Positions 28,360 through 38,204 of a DNA stretch of 64,000 nucleotides are shown here, in pieces (within the stretch, counting starts at the first letter, position 1; the number at the start of each line of letters is the position of its first letter). Below the pieces are notes generated by a model, which had not been told where the DNA came from, did not search any database, and saw only the letters and a list, made by a program, of their open reading frames with translations. The stretch covers positions 113,653-177,652 of the forward strand of contig JBMONO010000034.1 of the NCBI GenBank assembly GCA_049323655.1, in the 5' to 3' direction. This DNA is from Thermodesulfobacteriota bacterium (GTDB taxonomy: Bacteria > Desulfobacterota > Desulfobulbia > Desulfobulbales > SURF-16). The translations under genes and the position numbers were made by a program.

Positions 28360-28489
28360 AATGATGATGGTTTCGCAAAAACGGAAAATTAACCACAGAG
28401 ATCACTGCACGCCAAGAGGTAACTGTTTGTAATTTATAAAGTTTTTTTTATGCTCTCTCTGTTTTCTGTGGTAAAAAAGACCTTTTACG
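28360..28489 (+). repeat. Z-type repeat, copy 2 (more diverged core)
   Basis: AAATGATGATGGTTTCGCAAAAACGGAAAATTAACCACAGAG ... TTTTCTGTGGTAAAAAAGACCTTTTACG. Starts right after the stop of the FmdB-like gene. Confidence 0.8.
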
Positions 28490-28490
28490 A

Positions 28491-28530
28491 TTGTCGGAAT
28501 CGTAAAAAGCCGCCATTCCGACAAAAGATG
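28491..28530 (+). repeat. Y-type short hairpin repeat
   Basis: TTGTCGGAATCGTAAAAAGCCGCCATTCCGACAAAAGATG, with a perfect 10-bp stem TTGTCGGAAT / ATTCCGACAA. Directly follows Z copy 2. Confidence 0.7.
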
Positions 28531-28540
28531 GAGATCTGCC

Positions 28541-29350
28541 ATGCGCCTTGACGACATCGACTGGAATGCCATGTGGCAGGAGGCGCGGCAGCGCAAAAGC
28601 TGGAAAAAAAAGAACAGCGCCGACTGGGATCGGCGGGCGGCGGGCTTTGCCCGGCGCAACATCGATTCGGACTATGCCGCGGCCTTTCTCTCCCTGCTGC
28701 GGCCTGAACCTGACTGGCGGATCCTCGATGTCGGCTGTGGCCCCGGCACCCTGGCCCTGCCCTTGGCGCGGCGGGTCCGCGAGGTGACGGCCCTGGACTT
28801 CTCCGCCGCCATGCTGGAGGAACTGGGCAACAGGGCCGCGGCGGAAAACATCGGTTCCATCCGGATGGTACAGGGAAGCTGGACCGATGACTGGCAGGCG
28901 CTTGCCATCCCACCCCACGAAGTAGTCATCAGTTCCCGCTCCCTTGCCGTGTCCGATCTGGGCGCGGCCCTGGAAAAACTTGACCGCTGGGCCACAATCA
29001 GGGTCGTTGTCGCCGATCGGGTCGGCAGCGGCCCCTTTGATCCGGAGCTGTTCGCAGCCGTCGGCCGCCCCTTTGATCCCGGGCCCGACTATATTTACAC
29101 AGTCAATCTCTTGTACCGGATGGGGATTCATCCTACAATCAACTATATCGCAATGAATCCGATCCGTCTTTTCAGCGACCGGAACCAGGCCCTGGCCAGC
29201 TGCCGCTGGATGATTGATGATTTGAGCGCGGACGAGGAAAAAAAACTGAGCCACTATCTCGATGAGCGGCTGGAGCCCGACCCGGCGGGGATGTGGCGGC
29301 TGACCCGCAGCACGCCGGTGAAGTGGGCTGTGATTTCCTGGGAAAAATAG
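28541..29350 (+). CDS. Class I SAM-dependent methyltransferase
   Basis: Motif I ILDVGCGPGTLALPLA, followed by VTALDFS. Confidence 0.75.
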   Translation: MRLDDIDWNAMWQEARQRKSWKKKNSADWDRRAAGFARRNIDSDYAAAFLSLLRPEPDWRILDVGCGPGTLALPLARRVREVTALDFSAAMLEELGNRAAAENIGSIRMVQGSWTDDWQALAIPPHEVVISSRSLAVSDLGAALEKLDRWATIRVVVADRVGSGPFDPELFAAVGRPFDPGPDYIYTVNLLYRMGIHPTINYIAMNPIRLFSDRNQALASCRWMIDDLSADEEKKLSHYLDERLEPDPAGMWRLTRSTPVKWAVISWEK

Positions 29351-29360
29351 GACGACTGCC

Positions 29361-30707
29361 ATGCGGATCATGATCGTCGGTGCCGGACAGGTCGGCCACT
29401 ATCTCTGCGAAAAACTCTCGGTCGAAGGCCAGGAGGTGGTGCTGGTTGACAGTGACGAAAACAAGTTGCGCAAACTCGAACGGGATCTCAATATCCTGCC
29501 CATGCGGGGCAGCGGTGCGTCAGCCCGGGTCCTCGAAGAGGCGGGGATCAAACAGACCGATCTTTTCATTGCCGTCACCGACAGTGACGAGGTCAATCTC
29601 ATCGCCTGCATCCTCTCCAAGCAGTACAATGTCAAACGCCGCATCGCCCGGGTGCGCAACGAGGATTTTTACACCTCCGGCGAGGCGCTGAATGAAAAGG
29701 CGCTCGGCATCGACTTGCTCATCAGTCCTGATATCGCCATGGCGGACGAGATCATGACCCTCAGCCAGCTCTCCAACGCCTTTGCCGTGGCCGAATTTGC
29801 CGGCGGCCAGGTTGAACTGCTCGGCTACGAGGTCTACAAGGGCAACCCGATGATCGGCGTTACCCTGCATCAGATGCAGGCCGCGAAAAAGCGCCACACC
29901 TTCATCATCGTCGCCATCATCCGCGATGGGGAAACCATCATCCCGCGCGGCGACGATCGCCTGGCTTCCGGCGACAGGATTTTTCTCGTTGCCCGGAAAA
30001 AGGACATCCATGAGGTGGAGGCCCTTTTTCATTTCACCAGTCGGGCGCCGAAAAGGGTCTTTATCATCGGCGGTGGCACCATTGGCTTTCAGGTGGCGAA
30101 AAGGATGGAGCGTAAGAAGGTGCGGGTCAGCGTGGTGGACCGTGATCCGAAACGGTGCGAGTTTCTCACCGAACAGCTGGCCCACTCCGTGATCCTTAAC
30201 TTCGACGGTCTGGATTCCCACGAATTGCTGCAGGAGGGTATCGATCAGGCCGACCTGGTCATTGCCGCAACCCACAGCGACACCACCAACATCCTCTCCA
30301 GTCTGCTGGCCAAGCATCACGGCGTGCGCAAATGCATCACCAAGATCACCCGGCCCGACTTTCTTCCCCTGCTGGGCAAGCTCGGCATCGACGCGCCCCT
30401 GAGTCCGCGGCTGGTGGCGGCAAATATGATCCTTCGTTTTGTCCGCGGCTCCGGCAATATCGTCGCCGTTGCCACCCTGCTCGGCAGTGACGCCGAGGTC
30501 ATGGAGCTGCATGTCGGACCTGATGCAAAATTCATCGGCCAGGCCCTCAAGGAAATGAAGTTCCCGCAGAATGCGGTACTCGGCGCCGTGGTGCGTAAGG
30601 GCCGGGTTATCATTCCATCCGGTGAGACGACCCTGGAGGAAGGAGATAATCTGGTGGTCTTTTTCACCAGGGAGGCCCTTGCCCGGGTCGAAGAGTTTTT
30701 CCGGTAA
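29361..30707 (+). CDS. trkA: Trk potassium uptake system NAD-binding subunit
   Basis: 448 aa. Two Rossmann domains (IVGAGQVG, IIGGGTIG), each followed by an RCK_C domain. Confidence 0.9.
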   Translation: MRIMIVGAGQVGHYLCEKLSVEGQEVVLVDSDENKLRKLERDLNILPMRGSGASARVLEEAGIKQTDLFIAVTDSDEVNLIACILSKQYNVKRRIARVRNEDFYTSGEALNEKALGIDLLISPDIAMADEIMTLSQLSNAFAVAEFAGGQVELLGYEVYKGNPMIGVTLHQMQAAKKRHTFIIVAIIRDGETIIPRGDDRLASGDRIFLVARKKDIHEVEALFHFTSRAPKRVFIIGGGTIGFQVAKRMERKKVRVSVVDRDPKRCEFLTEQLAHSVILNFDGLDSHELLQEGIDQADLVIAATHSDTTNILSSLLAKHHGVRKCITKITRPDFLPLLGKLGIDAPLSPRLVAANMILRFVRGSGNIVAVATLLGSDAEVMELHVGPDAKFIGQALKEMKFPQNAVLGAVVRKGRVIIPSGETTLEEGDNLVVFFTREALARVEEFFR

Positions 30708-30758
30708 CCTGCTTCTGCCGGCGGCCACCTTTCCTTAAACAGCGAAAAATAAAAAACC

Positions 30759-32285
30759 ATGCGGACCGGCGGTGTTCTCAATATACTCGGCAAACTGCTG
30801 ATTCTGATCTCCCTCTTTCTCCTGACGCCGATTCCGTTCAGCTTTGTCTTTCAGGACGGCATGGTCCCGGTTTTTCTCCTCTGCGCCCTGATCGGCGCGG
30901 GTCTCGGCGGCCTGATCGTAGCGATCTTCGTCCCGGAAAAGGATCTGGGCTATCGCGACGGCTTTGCCGTTGTCGTCCTGAGCTGGCTCGGGCTCGCCTT
31001 CCTCGGCTCGCTGCCCTATTATTTCTGCGGCGTCATGCCCGCCTATGTCGATTGTTTTTTCGAGTCCATGTCAGGCTTCACCACCACCGGCTCAACCATT
31101 CTGTCCGAGGTTGAAGTCCTGCCTGAAAGCATCCTTTTCTGGCGGGCAACGACTCACTGGATAGGGGGGATGGGCATTATCGTCCTTTCGCTGGCCATTC
31201 TCCCCCTGCTCGGCGTCGGCGGCACCCAGCTTTTTCAGGCGGAGATGCCGGGGCCGACCAAGGACCGGCTGGCGCCGCGCATCCAGGATACCGCCCGCAT
31301 CCTCTGGGCGGTCTATGTCCTCTTCACCCTGATCGAAATTCTGTTGCTGCTGCTCGGCGGCATGAGTTTTTTCAACGCCGTTTGCCACGCTTTCGCCACC
31401 CTGGCCACCGGCGGCTTCTCCACCCATACGGCAAGCGCTGCCTTTTACTCCGCCTCCTCGATTCATTATGTGCTCATCGTCTTCATGTTTCTGGCCGGGG
31501 TCAACTTTTCCCTGCACCATAAGGTGCTGATGAGCGGCAGGCTCGCCGATTACTGGGAGAACGAGGAGTTTCGCCTCTATCTGCTGCTCATCGGACTTAC
31601 CACTGGCATCATCCTGGCCGCCAACCTGGCCGCCGATATCCATGAAGACGTGCTGCTCGGCTTCCGCGATGTCCTCTTTCAGGTGGTCTCCATCCAGACC
31701 ACCACCGGTTTCGGTAGCGCGGATTTTGACCAGTGGCCGCCGGTTTGCAAGGTGTTGCTGGTATCGCTGATGTTCGTCGGCGGCTGCGCCGGTTCAACCG
31801 GCGGCGGCATCAAGGTGGTGCGTATTCTCCTTTTTTTCAAGTACGCCCGGCTCCAGTTGCACAGCCTGGTCCATCCCCGCTCGGTCGGCACCATCAAACT
31901 CGGCAGCCAGAAGGTGCCCAAGGAGATCATGATCGCCATCCTCGGTTTTTTCGCCCTCTATATCAGCTTTTTCCTGTTGGCCAGCCTGGTGGTGACCGGG
32001 CTCGGCGTTGATCTGGTGACCGGGATGACCGCAGTGGTTGCCACCCTGAACAATATCGGTCCCGGCCTCAATAAGGTCGGGCCGGCCTGTAATTTCGGCT
32101 CGTTGCCGGCCCTCGCCAAATGGGTGCTCAGCTTCTGCATGCTGGCCGGACGTCTGGAACTCTATGCCGTTGTCGTGCTGCTTTCTCCGGATTTCTGGAA
32201 GATGGCCCGTAAACCGCGGCTGCGCTGGCGCGTGGCGGCCGGCAAACCCGGCGCAGGAACGTCGTGCGAAGAAAGATGCCGATGA
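30759..32285 (+). CDS. trkH: Trk potassium uptake membrane subunit
   Basis: 508 aa polytopic protein with TrkH selectivity-like motifs (SGFTTTG, TGGFST, TTTGFG, STGGGIK). Confidence 0.9.
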   Translation: MRTGGVLNILGKLLILISLFLLTPIPFSFVFQDGMVPVFLLCALIGAGLGGLIVAIFVPEKDLGYRDGFAVVVLSWLGLAFLGSLPYYFCGVMPAYVDCFFESMSGFTTTGSTILSEVEVLPESILFWRATTHWIGGMGIIVLSLAILPLLGVGGTQLFQAEMPGPTKDRLAPRIQDTARILWAVYVLFTLIEILLLLLGGMSFFNAVCHAFATLATGGFSTHTASAAFYSASSIHYVLIVFMFLAGVNFSLHHKVLMSGRLADYWENEEFRLYLLLIGLTTGIILAANLAADIHEDVLLGFRDVLFQVVSIQTTTGFGSADFDQWPPVCKVLLVSLMFVGGCAGSTGGGIKVVRILLFFKYARLQLHSLVHPRSVGTIKLGSQKVPKEIMIAILGFFALYISFFLLASLVVTGLGVDLVTGMTAVVATLNNIGPGLNKVGPACNFGSLPALAKWVLSFCMLAGRLELYAVVVLLSPDFWKMARKPRLRWRVAAGKPGAGTSCEERCR

Positions 32286-32309
32286 TGAATCCGACCAAGA
32301 GGAGTCTCT

Positions 32310-34175
32310 ATGAACAATTATGACGTCATCGTCATCGGCGCCGGCCATGCCGGCTGTGAGGCGGCCTTGGCTGCGGCCCGGATGGGTTGCCGCACCGCTG
32401 TGCTCGTCATCAACGCCGATACCATCGGCGCCATGTCCTGCAATCCTGCCATCGGCGGTCTCGCCAAGGGCCATTTGGTCAAGGAGATCGACGCCCTGGG
32501 CGGCGAGATGGCAAAAAATATCGATGCCACTGCCATCCAGTTCCGCCGGCTCAATACCAGCAAGGGACCGGCGGTCTGGTCCTCCCGGGCCCAGGCCGAT
32601 CGGCTCCTCTACCGGCTGCGGATGAAAAAGGTGCTGGAAAACCAGCAAAACCTTGATATCAGGCAGGCCTTTGCCGATCGTCTGCTGGTGGCAAACGGCC
32701 GAATCTGCGGGGTAGTTACCTCGCTGGAGGAGACTCTGACCTGCCGGGCGGTGGTCATAGCCACCGGCACCTTTTTGAACGGCCTGATCCACATCGGCCT
32801 CAAATCCTTTCCGGCCGGCCGCCAGGGTGACGCCCCATCCGTCTCGCTGGCGCACAGTCTGGCGGAAATCGGTTTTGCCATGGGCCGCATGAAAACCGGC
32901 ACCACCCCGCGTCTGGACGGCACCACCATCAACTATGAGGGGCTTGAACCGCAGGAAAGCGACGATCCGCCCACTTTCTTCTCCTATTCCTCCGCCGGCC
33001 ATCCGCCGCTGCCGCAGCGGCCCTGCCATATCACCTACACCAACGAGAAAACCCATGCCCTCATCCGGGCCGGTACCGACCGTTCCCCCATGTATACCGG
33101 CATTATCGAGGGGGTGGGGGCGCGGTACTGCCCCTCCATTGAGGACAAGGTGATGCGCTTCCCGGATAAGCCCCGTCATCAGATCTTTCTCGAACCGGAA
33201 GGAATCGACACGGTGGAGGTGTACCCGAACGGCATCCCCACCAGTCTGCCGGTGGATGTGCAGCTTGCCATGCTGCACAGTATCAAGGGACTGGAGCAGG
33301 TGAAGATGATCCGGCCCGGTTATGCCATTGAATACGACTATGTCGATCCCCTCGAACTCCACCCGTCGCTGGAGACCAAACGGGTTGCCGGTCTCTTTCT
33401 CGCCGGCCAGATCAACGGCACCTCAGGCTACGAGGAGGCGGCGGCCCAGGGTCTGGTGGCCGGCATCAACGCCGTCAATTGTTGTCGGGGAGTGGAACCC
33501 CTCGTTCTCGACCGCTCCCAGGCCTACATCGGGGTGCTGATCGACGATCTCGTCACCCGCGGCACCCGCGAGCCGTACCGCCTGTTCACCTCCCGGGCCG
33601 AATACCGCCTGCTGCTGCGGGAGGACAACGCCGATCTCCGACTGCGCGACATCGGGTATGCGCTTGGCCTGGTCGATGAGGGGACCTACGGCGCCTTCTG
33701 TCGCAAGCGAACGGCCATCGACACGGCTTTCTCCTGGCTCACCGCCACCAGGGTCAAGCCCGGCGCGGAGGTTAACCGGCGACTGGCGGAGGGGGGGCAG
33801 GCGCCATTGAAGCAGATGGTCTCCATGGCCGACCTGCTGCGGCGGCCGGAGCTTTCCCTGGCGGATCTTGAGGGGATCACCGGCATGGCGATCGAGGTTG
33901 ACCCTGCCGTCGCCATCGAGGTGCAGCTCCAGATTAAATACGAGGGCTATATCCGACGGCAGCTGGAGCAGGTGGAACGGTTCCGGAAGCTGGAAAACAT
34001 CACCCTGCCGGAGGATATGGACTATACCGGCCTGCCGGGGCTCTCCAACGAGGTGGTGGAGAAACTCAACCGGATCAAACCGCGATCACTCGGGCAGGCA
34101 TCGCGCATCTCCGGCATCACCCCGGCCGCCATCTCCGTCTTGCAGGTACACCTGAAAAAAGAGGGCCTGCTGTAG
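32310..34175 (+). CDS. mnmG: tRNA uridine-5-carboxymethylaminomethyl modification enzyme
   Basis: 621 aa. N-terminus [23 protein letters not shown] and GidA signatures throughout. Confidence 0.97.
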   Translation: MNNYDVIVIGAGHAGCEAALAAARMGCRTAVLVINADTIGAMSCNPAIGGLAKGHLVKEIDALGGEMAKNIDATAIQFRRLNTSKGPAVWSSRAQADRLLYRLRMKKVLENQQNLDIRQAFADRLLVANGRICGVVTSLEETLTCRAVVIATGTFLNGLIHIGLKSFPAGRQGDAPSVSLAHSLAEIGFAMGRMKTGTTPRLDGTTINYEGLEPQESDDPPTFFSYSSAGHPPLPQRPCHITYTNEKTHALIRAGTDRSPMYTGIIEGVGARYCPSIEDKVMRFPDKPRHQIFLEPEGIDTVEVYPNGIPTSLPVDVQLAMLHSIKGLEQVKMIRPGYAIEYDYVDPLELHPSLETKRVAGLFLAGQINGTSGYEEAAAQGLVAGINAVNCCRGVEPLVLDRSQAYIGVLIDDLVTRGTREPYRLFTSRAEYRLLLREDNADLRLRDIGYALGLVDEGTYGAFCRKRTAIDTAFSWLTATRVKPGAEVNRRLAEGGQAPLKQMVSMADLLRRPELSLADLEGITGMAIEVDPAVAIEVQLQIKYEGYIRRQLEQVERFRKLENITLPEDMDYTGLPGLSNEVVEKLNRIKPRSLGQASRISGITPAAISVLQVHLKKEGLL

Positions 34176-34386
34176 ACGGCTGTCGACATTTTTGTCGAGG
34201 GGAGCGGGAAATGTCGAAGTGGCGGGCGGGGTGGCCGGCGAGATCCACTGAAACACCATCACTCCGGCCTCTCCCTGGTTGTGGCGTGAATTTTGCTGTA
34301 ATATGCCGGTAAAGATCATAGGAAGCGCGAAGACAGGAGTCAGCAGGCAGAATTTGGCGAGGATTGGGGATAGTTGCGGAAAAAAA

Positions 34387-34497
34387 TGAAAAATTAATCA
34401 CAGAGACCACAGAGCTTGCTCTGGTAACTTGCTGTAATTCAAGATGTTTTCTCTGTGTTCTCAGTGCGCTCCGTGGTAAAAAAAGACTTTTTACGGG
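34387..34497 (+). repeat. Z-type repeat, copy 3
   Basis: TGAAAAATTAATCACAGAGACCACAGAGC ... GTGCGCTCCGTGGTAAAAAAAGACTTTTTACGGG. Lies in the 400-nt gap after mnmG. Confidence 0.85.
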
Positions 34498-34583
34498 GGC
34501 GTCATTGATTTGATGCCGTTTGCTTCTGGCTCTTGACTGCTCTCAGGAAACAAACTCATATTGCCACAACCCGGAAACGTGAA

Positions 34584-35018
34584 ATGAAACCGTGGATTTT
34601 TGTCATCCTCAGCCTGCTCATGCTGCCGACCGGCGCGATCGGGGCGGAATTTTTCCTGCGCGGTCGGGTGATTGCCATCGACCGTCAGCAGGGGGAGATA
34701 ACCGTCCGTCCCTTGCCGTGCCGGCAATGCCTGCCGGGCGGGATGGATGCCCGGATCATTGAGCCGCCCCTGGCGGCCGGTGCGGGCGATGGGCAGACCT
34801 GGCGAGTGAGCACGGATTTCATCCCGCCCTGCGTGGTGCCTGACGCTGTGGTCCATATCTGGAGTGAAGCCGCACCGGACAACGACAACCGCCTGACCGC
34901 AACGCGGATCACCGGTCCGGGCTGGCGTCACGACGAGGACTCCACCGGCGTCCGCTCCCGAATCCGCAAACGCTGCCTGATGCGGCAGGACCACCATCCG
35001 CCGCCCGGAGTCGAATAG
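34584..35018 (+). CDS. Secreted hypothetical protein upstream of the two-component pair
   Basis: Signal peptide MKPWIFVILSLLMLPTGAIGA. No family recognised. The stop is 3 nt before the kinase gene. Confidence 0.5.
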   Translation: MKPWIFVILSLLMLPTGAIGAEFFLRGRVIAIDRQQGEITVRPLPCRQCLPGGMDARIIEPPLAAGAGDGQTWRVSTDFIPPCVVPDAVVHIWSEAAPDNDNRLTATRITGPGWRHDEDSTGVRSRIRKRCLMRQDHHPPPGVE

Positions 35019-35020
35019 TC

Positions 35021-36553
35021 GTGCCGGCCATGCCCACCCCGCCGGAAAGCGGAGACACCAGTACTACCCTCGGCCCCTCATGGAAAATCAACCTGCTGAT
35101 CATCGGCGGTTCAATTCTTCTTGTCCTTGCCTACTCGCTTTGGCAGGTCGGCCAGCTTCGCGGTAATTTTCATAAGTATGCCCGCATGCATGCCAAGGTG
35201 GTGAGCGGCGTCATCGAGCAGAACACGAAAACCGCCATCTTGGCCGAAGACGCTCTGCAGCAGACGATCACCACTTTTCTTGCCAATACCGCCCGCTTTA
35301 TTGATTATCTGGACGCAGTGGAGCCCTTTTCCGGACCGGAACTCGATGCCTTTGCCGGAGAAACGGGACTGACCGCCATCCTCATCATCGGTCCGGCCGG
35401 TACCCGGGTCAGCACCGGTAATGGCCTGCTTGCCGCCTATGTCTGCCGAGCCGGAGATGCAACCCTCGATTCGGTGCCGGAGAAGCAACTTTATGTCATG
35501 AGCTGGCCCCGGCCAGGAGGGGGCTGCATTCTGCTCGGGTTTTCCGCCGTTCATATCGAGAAACTGCATCAGCAGCTGCGGATGCCGGCCCTGCTCGAAG
35601 CCCTCTCCGCCCTGCCTGGCATTGCCTACGTTACCCTGGCAGACGAAAACGGTGGGCCGCCGGTCGGCCAGATCGTCGAGCAGCGCATCAGGGCCGGCGG
35701 CACCGAACTGCGGGTCGGCTTCGATCCCGGCCAGTATACGATGCGCGTCCGCCAGATCTGGCGCAACATGCTGCTCTTCACCCTGGCGCTCTCCGTGCTT
35801 GGGATCTTTTTTTCCTGGCTCCTTTATCGCTATCAGAAAACCTATCTGCGCAAAATCACCGATTATGAGCGCCGGCTGGCCCGGGAGCGGGAAGATGCGG
35901 CCCTGGGGCGGGCCACCGCCACCATCACCCATGAGATCCGCAACCCTTTGAACGCCATCAGCATGGGGCTGCAACGTATCGAGATCGAGGCCGAGAACTT
36001 GAGCCATGAACATCGGGAGCTGGCCGTCAGTATGCGGCAGGCGGTCCGGCGCACCGATGCCATTATCGGCAATCTGCTGCGCTATACCAGACCGGTGGCG
36101 GTGCGGCCGGCAGCGGTGGATCCCGCCGCCCTGCTCGACGCCGTCCTCACCCTCTACCAGCCCCAGTGTCTGGAAAAGGGCATTGAGCTACGCCGGGATA
36201 TCCGGCTGCCGGCCGTCCTTGTCGGTGATGGCGAGCTGCTCGGCCAGTTGTTTGAAAACTGCATAAAAAACGCGGTTGAAGCGCAGCCGGACGGTGGGTA
36301 TATAAACGTGACAGCGGTGGCGGACAAGAACAACATGGCCCGGGTTGTGGTGGAAAATGCCAGCAGTCAACCCCTTCCCGGCGATCCGGCCCGTTTCCTG
36401 GAGCCCTATTGCACGACCAAGACCTGGGGCACCGGTCTCGGGCTGGCCATTGCCCGGCGGATTGCACTGGCCCACGGCGGCGGCCTTACGGTTGAGACGC
36501 CGGACAGTGCTACTTTTCGCACCATCATCATGCTCCCGTTGGATCTGCCATGA
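35021..36553 (+). CDS. Membrane sensor histidine kinase
   Basis: Two TM segments flank a periplasmic domain. H-box ITHEIRNPLNAI. HATPase motifs (NAVEA, GTGLGL). Confidence 0.85.
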   Translation: MPAMPTPPESGDTSTTLGPSWKINLLIIGGSILLVLAYSLWQVGQLRGNFHKYARMHAKVVSGVIEQNTKTAILAEDALQQTITTFLANTARFIDYLDAVEPFSGPELDAFAGETGLTAILIIGPAGTRVSTGNGLLAAYVCRAGDATLDSVPEKQLYVMSWPRPGGGCILLGFSAVHIEKLHQQLRMPALLEALSALPGIAYVTLADENGGPPVGQIVEQRIRAGGTELRVGFDPGQYTMRVRQIWRNMLLFTLALSVLGIFFSWLLYRYQKTYLRKITDYERRLAREREDAALGRATATITHEIRNPLNAISMGLQRIEIEAENLSHEHRELAVSMRQAVRRTDAIIGNLLRYTRPVAVRPAAVDPAALLDAVLTLYQPQCLEKGIELRRDIRLPAVLVGDGELLGQLFENCIKNAVEAQPDGGYINVTAVADKNNMARVVVENASSQPLPGDPARFLEPYCTTKTWGTGLGLAIARRIALAHGGGLTVETPDSATFRTIIMLPLDLP

Positions 36554-36569
36554 CGCCATGATCACCACG

Positions 36570-36650
36570 AAAAAGTGAAGGTCTCGCAAAAACCCGAAAA
36601 ACATGGCAGGCGGGAAAGCGAAAACAATGTTTTACAAACACGGCCCGTCG
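36570..36650 (+). repeat. X-type intergenic repeat, copy 2
   Basis: GAAAAAGTGAAGGTCTCGCAAAAACCCGAAAAACATGGCAGGCGGGAAAGCGAAAACAATGTTTTACAAACACGGCCCGTCG. Lies between the kinase and the sigma-54 regulator. Confidence 0.75.
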
Positions 36651-36681
36651 GAATCGCCGTTTTTTCCTATTTCGGCAAAAT

Positions 36682-38022
36682 GTGATGCCCATGAAGATAC
36701 TCCTGGTTGACGATGAGAAAATGCAGCGGGAAACCCTGCAGGGTTTTCTGGAAAAAAAGGGATACCAGACCTTTGCCGCGGAAAACGGGGCCGATGCCCT
36801 GCGACTGTTCGCCCTGCACCCGGTGCAACTGGTGCTGCTCGATCATCGCATGCCGGACATGAACGGCGACGAGGTGCTCGCCCGGATGAAGGAGATCAAT
36901 CCCCTGGTGCATGCCATCATGATCACCGCATACGGGGCGGTGGACACCGCGGTGCGGGTCATGCGGCTCGGGGCCGACGATTTTTTGGAAAAGCCGGTCG
37001 ATCTGCTCGAACTGCTGGCCAAGATCGAACGGATAGAACAGCAGACCGCCATGGAGGAGGATGTCGCGGCGGTGACCGAGACCATCGACCACCAGGATCT
37101 GCCCCTCAAAGTGATCGGCGACAGCCCGGCGATGCGCAATCTGCTTTCCACCGTCCAGCGCGTCTCCCAGACCCCGTGGACTGTGCTTATCCGCGGCGAA
37201 ACCGGCACCGGCAAGGAGTTGATCGCCCGGCTTATCCATCTGCTCAGCTCGCGCGGGGAGGGGCCGTTCATCGAAGTCAACTGTGCGGCGGTGCCGGAAA
37301 ATCTCTTTGAATCCGAGTTGTTCGGCCACGAAAAGGGATCGTTCACCGGCGCCACCGGTCGCCGCAAGGGCCGTTTTGAGCTGGCCCAGTCCGGGATCCT
37401 CTTTCTCGACGAGGTCGGCGAGCTGCCGCTCACCATGCAGGCCAAGCTGCTGCGCGCCCTCCAGGAAAAAAAGATCAGTCGGGTGGGCAGTGAAACCGAC
37501 ATCGAAGTGGATGTGCGGGTGCTGGCCGCCACCAACCGCAACCTCAAGGAGTTGGCCGGTGAGGGCAAGTTCCGCGAGGATCTCTACTACCGGCTTAATG
37601 TCCTGGAGATCGAGGTCCCGCCCCTGCGCCAGCGCAGGGAGGACATTCCGCTCCTCGTTGATTTTTTCCTGGCGCGGTACGCGTCCCGGCCGGTGCGCTT
37701 TGACCCGGAGGCAATGGCCACCCTGGTCAAATATTCTTTCCCCGGCAACGTCCGGGAGCTGGAGCACGTCATCCAGCGCACCGTCACCATGCTGCGCGGC
37801 TCGGTGGTGCGGGTGGCCGATCTGCCGGCGGAAATGCGGCTCGGCCCCTCAGGAGGTGAATCCGGCAATTTGACCGATCGGCTGGAGGCGGTGGAACGGG
37901 AGATGATCAGCGCTGCCCTGGAGGAGCATGACTGGGTGCAGACCCGGGCTGCAGAGGCGCTCGGCATCAGTGAACGGGTACTGCGTTATAAGATGGGCAA
38001 ATACGGCATCCGGAAAAAATGA
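36682..38022 (+). CDS. Sigma-54-dependent response regulator (NtrC family)
   Basis: REC domain (MKILLVDDE), AAA+ domain (GETGTGKE, ESELFGHEKGSFTGA) and a C-terminal Fis-type HTH. The true start may be ATG 36685 or 36691. Confidence 0.93.
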   Translation: MMPMKILLVDDEKMQRETLQGFLEKKGYQTFAAENGADALRLFALHPVQLVLLDHRMPDMNGDEVLARMKEINPLVHAIMITAYGAVDTAVRVMRLGADDFLEKPVDLLELLAKIERIEQQTAMEEDVAAVTETIDHQDLPLKVIGDSPAMRNLLSTVQRVSQTPWTVLIRGETGTGKELIARLIHLLSSRGEGPFIEVNCAAVPENLFESELFGHEKGSFTGATGRRKGRFELAQSGILFLDEVGELPLTMQAKLLRALQEKKISRVGSETDIEVDVRVLAATNRNLKELAGEGKFREDLYYRLNVLEIEVPPLRQRREDIPLLVDFFLARYASRPVRFDPEAMATLVKYSFPGNVRELEHVIQRTVTMLRGSVVRVADLPAEMRLGPSGGESGNLTDRLEAVEREMISAALEEHDWVQTRAAEALGISERVLRYKMGKYGIRKK

Positions 38023-38029
38023 CAAACCC

Positions 38030-38142
38030 GCAAAAAGTTTTTTTACCACAGAGCGCACAGAGGATGCAGAGAAAACATCTTTTATTACAATTGGTTACCT
38101 ATGCGCGCTCTGCGGTCTCTGTGGTTGATTTTCACTTTTTAC
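38030..38142 (-). repeat. Z-type repeat, copy 4 (inverted orientation)
   Basis: The reverse complement reads GTAAAAAGTGAAAATCAACCACAGAGACCGCAGAGCGCGC ... CTCTGTGCGCTCTGTGGTAAAAAAACTTTTTGC. Lies between convergent genes. Confidence 0.85.
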
Positions 38143-38204
38143 AAGACCATTAAAAATGACGCGTGGCACGGGCCAAACAGGGCGGCGGCGTTACCGGATT
38201 GCGG

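Noticed and set aside
31794-33362. 522-aa minus-strand ORF spanning the trkH/mnmG junction.
   Set aside because: It is antisense to two highly conserved genes and crosses their intergenic gap. The composition is that of a shadow frame.
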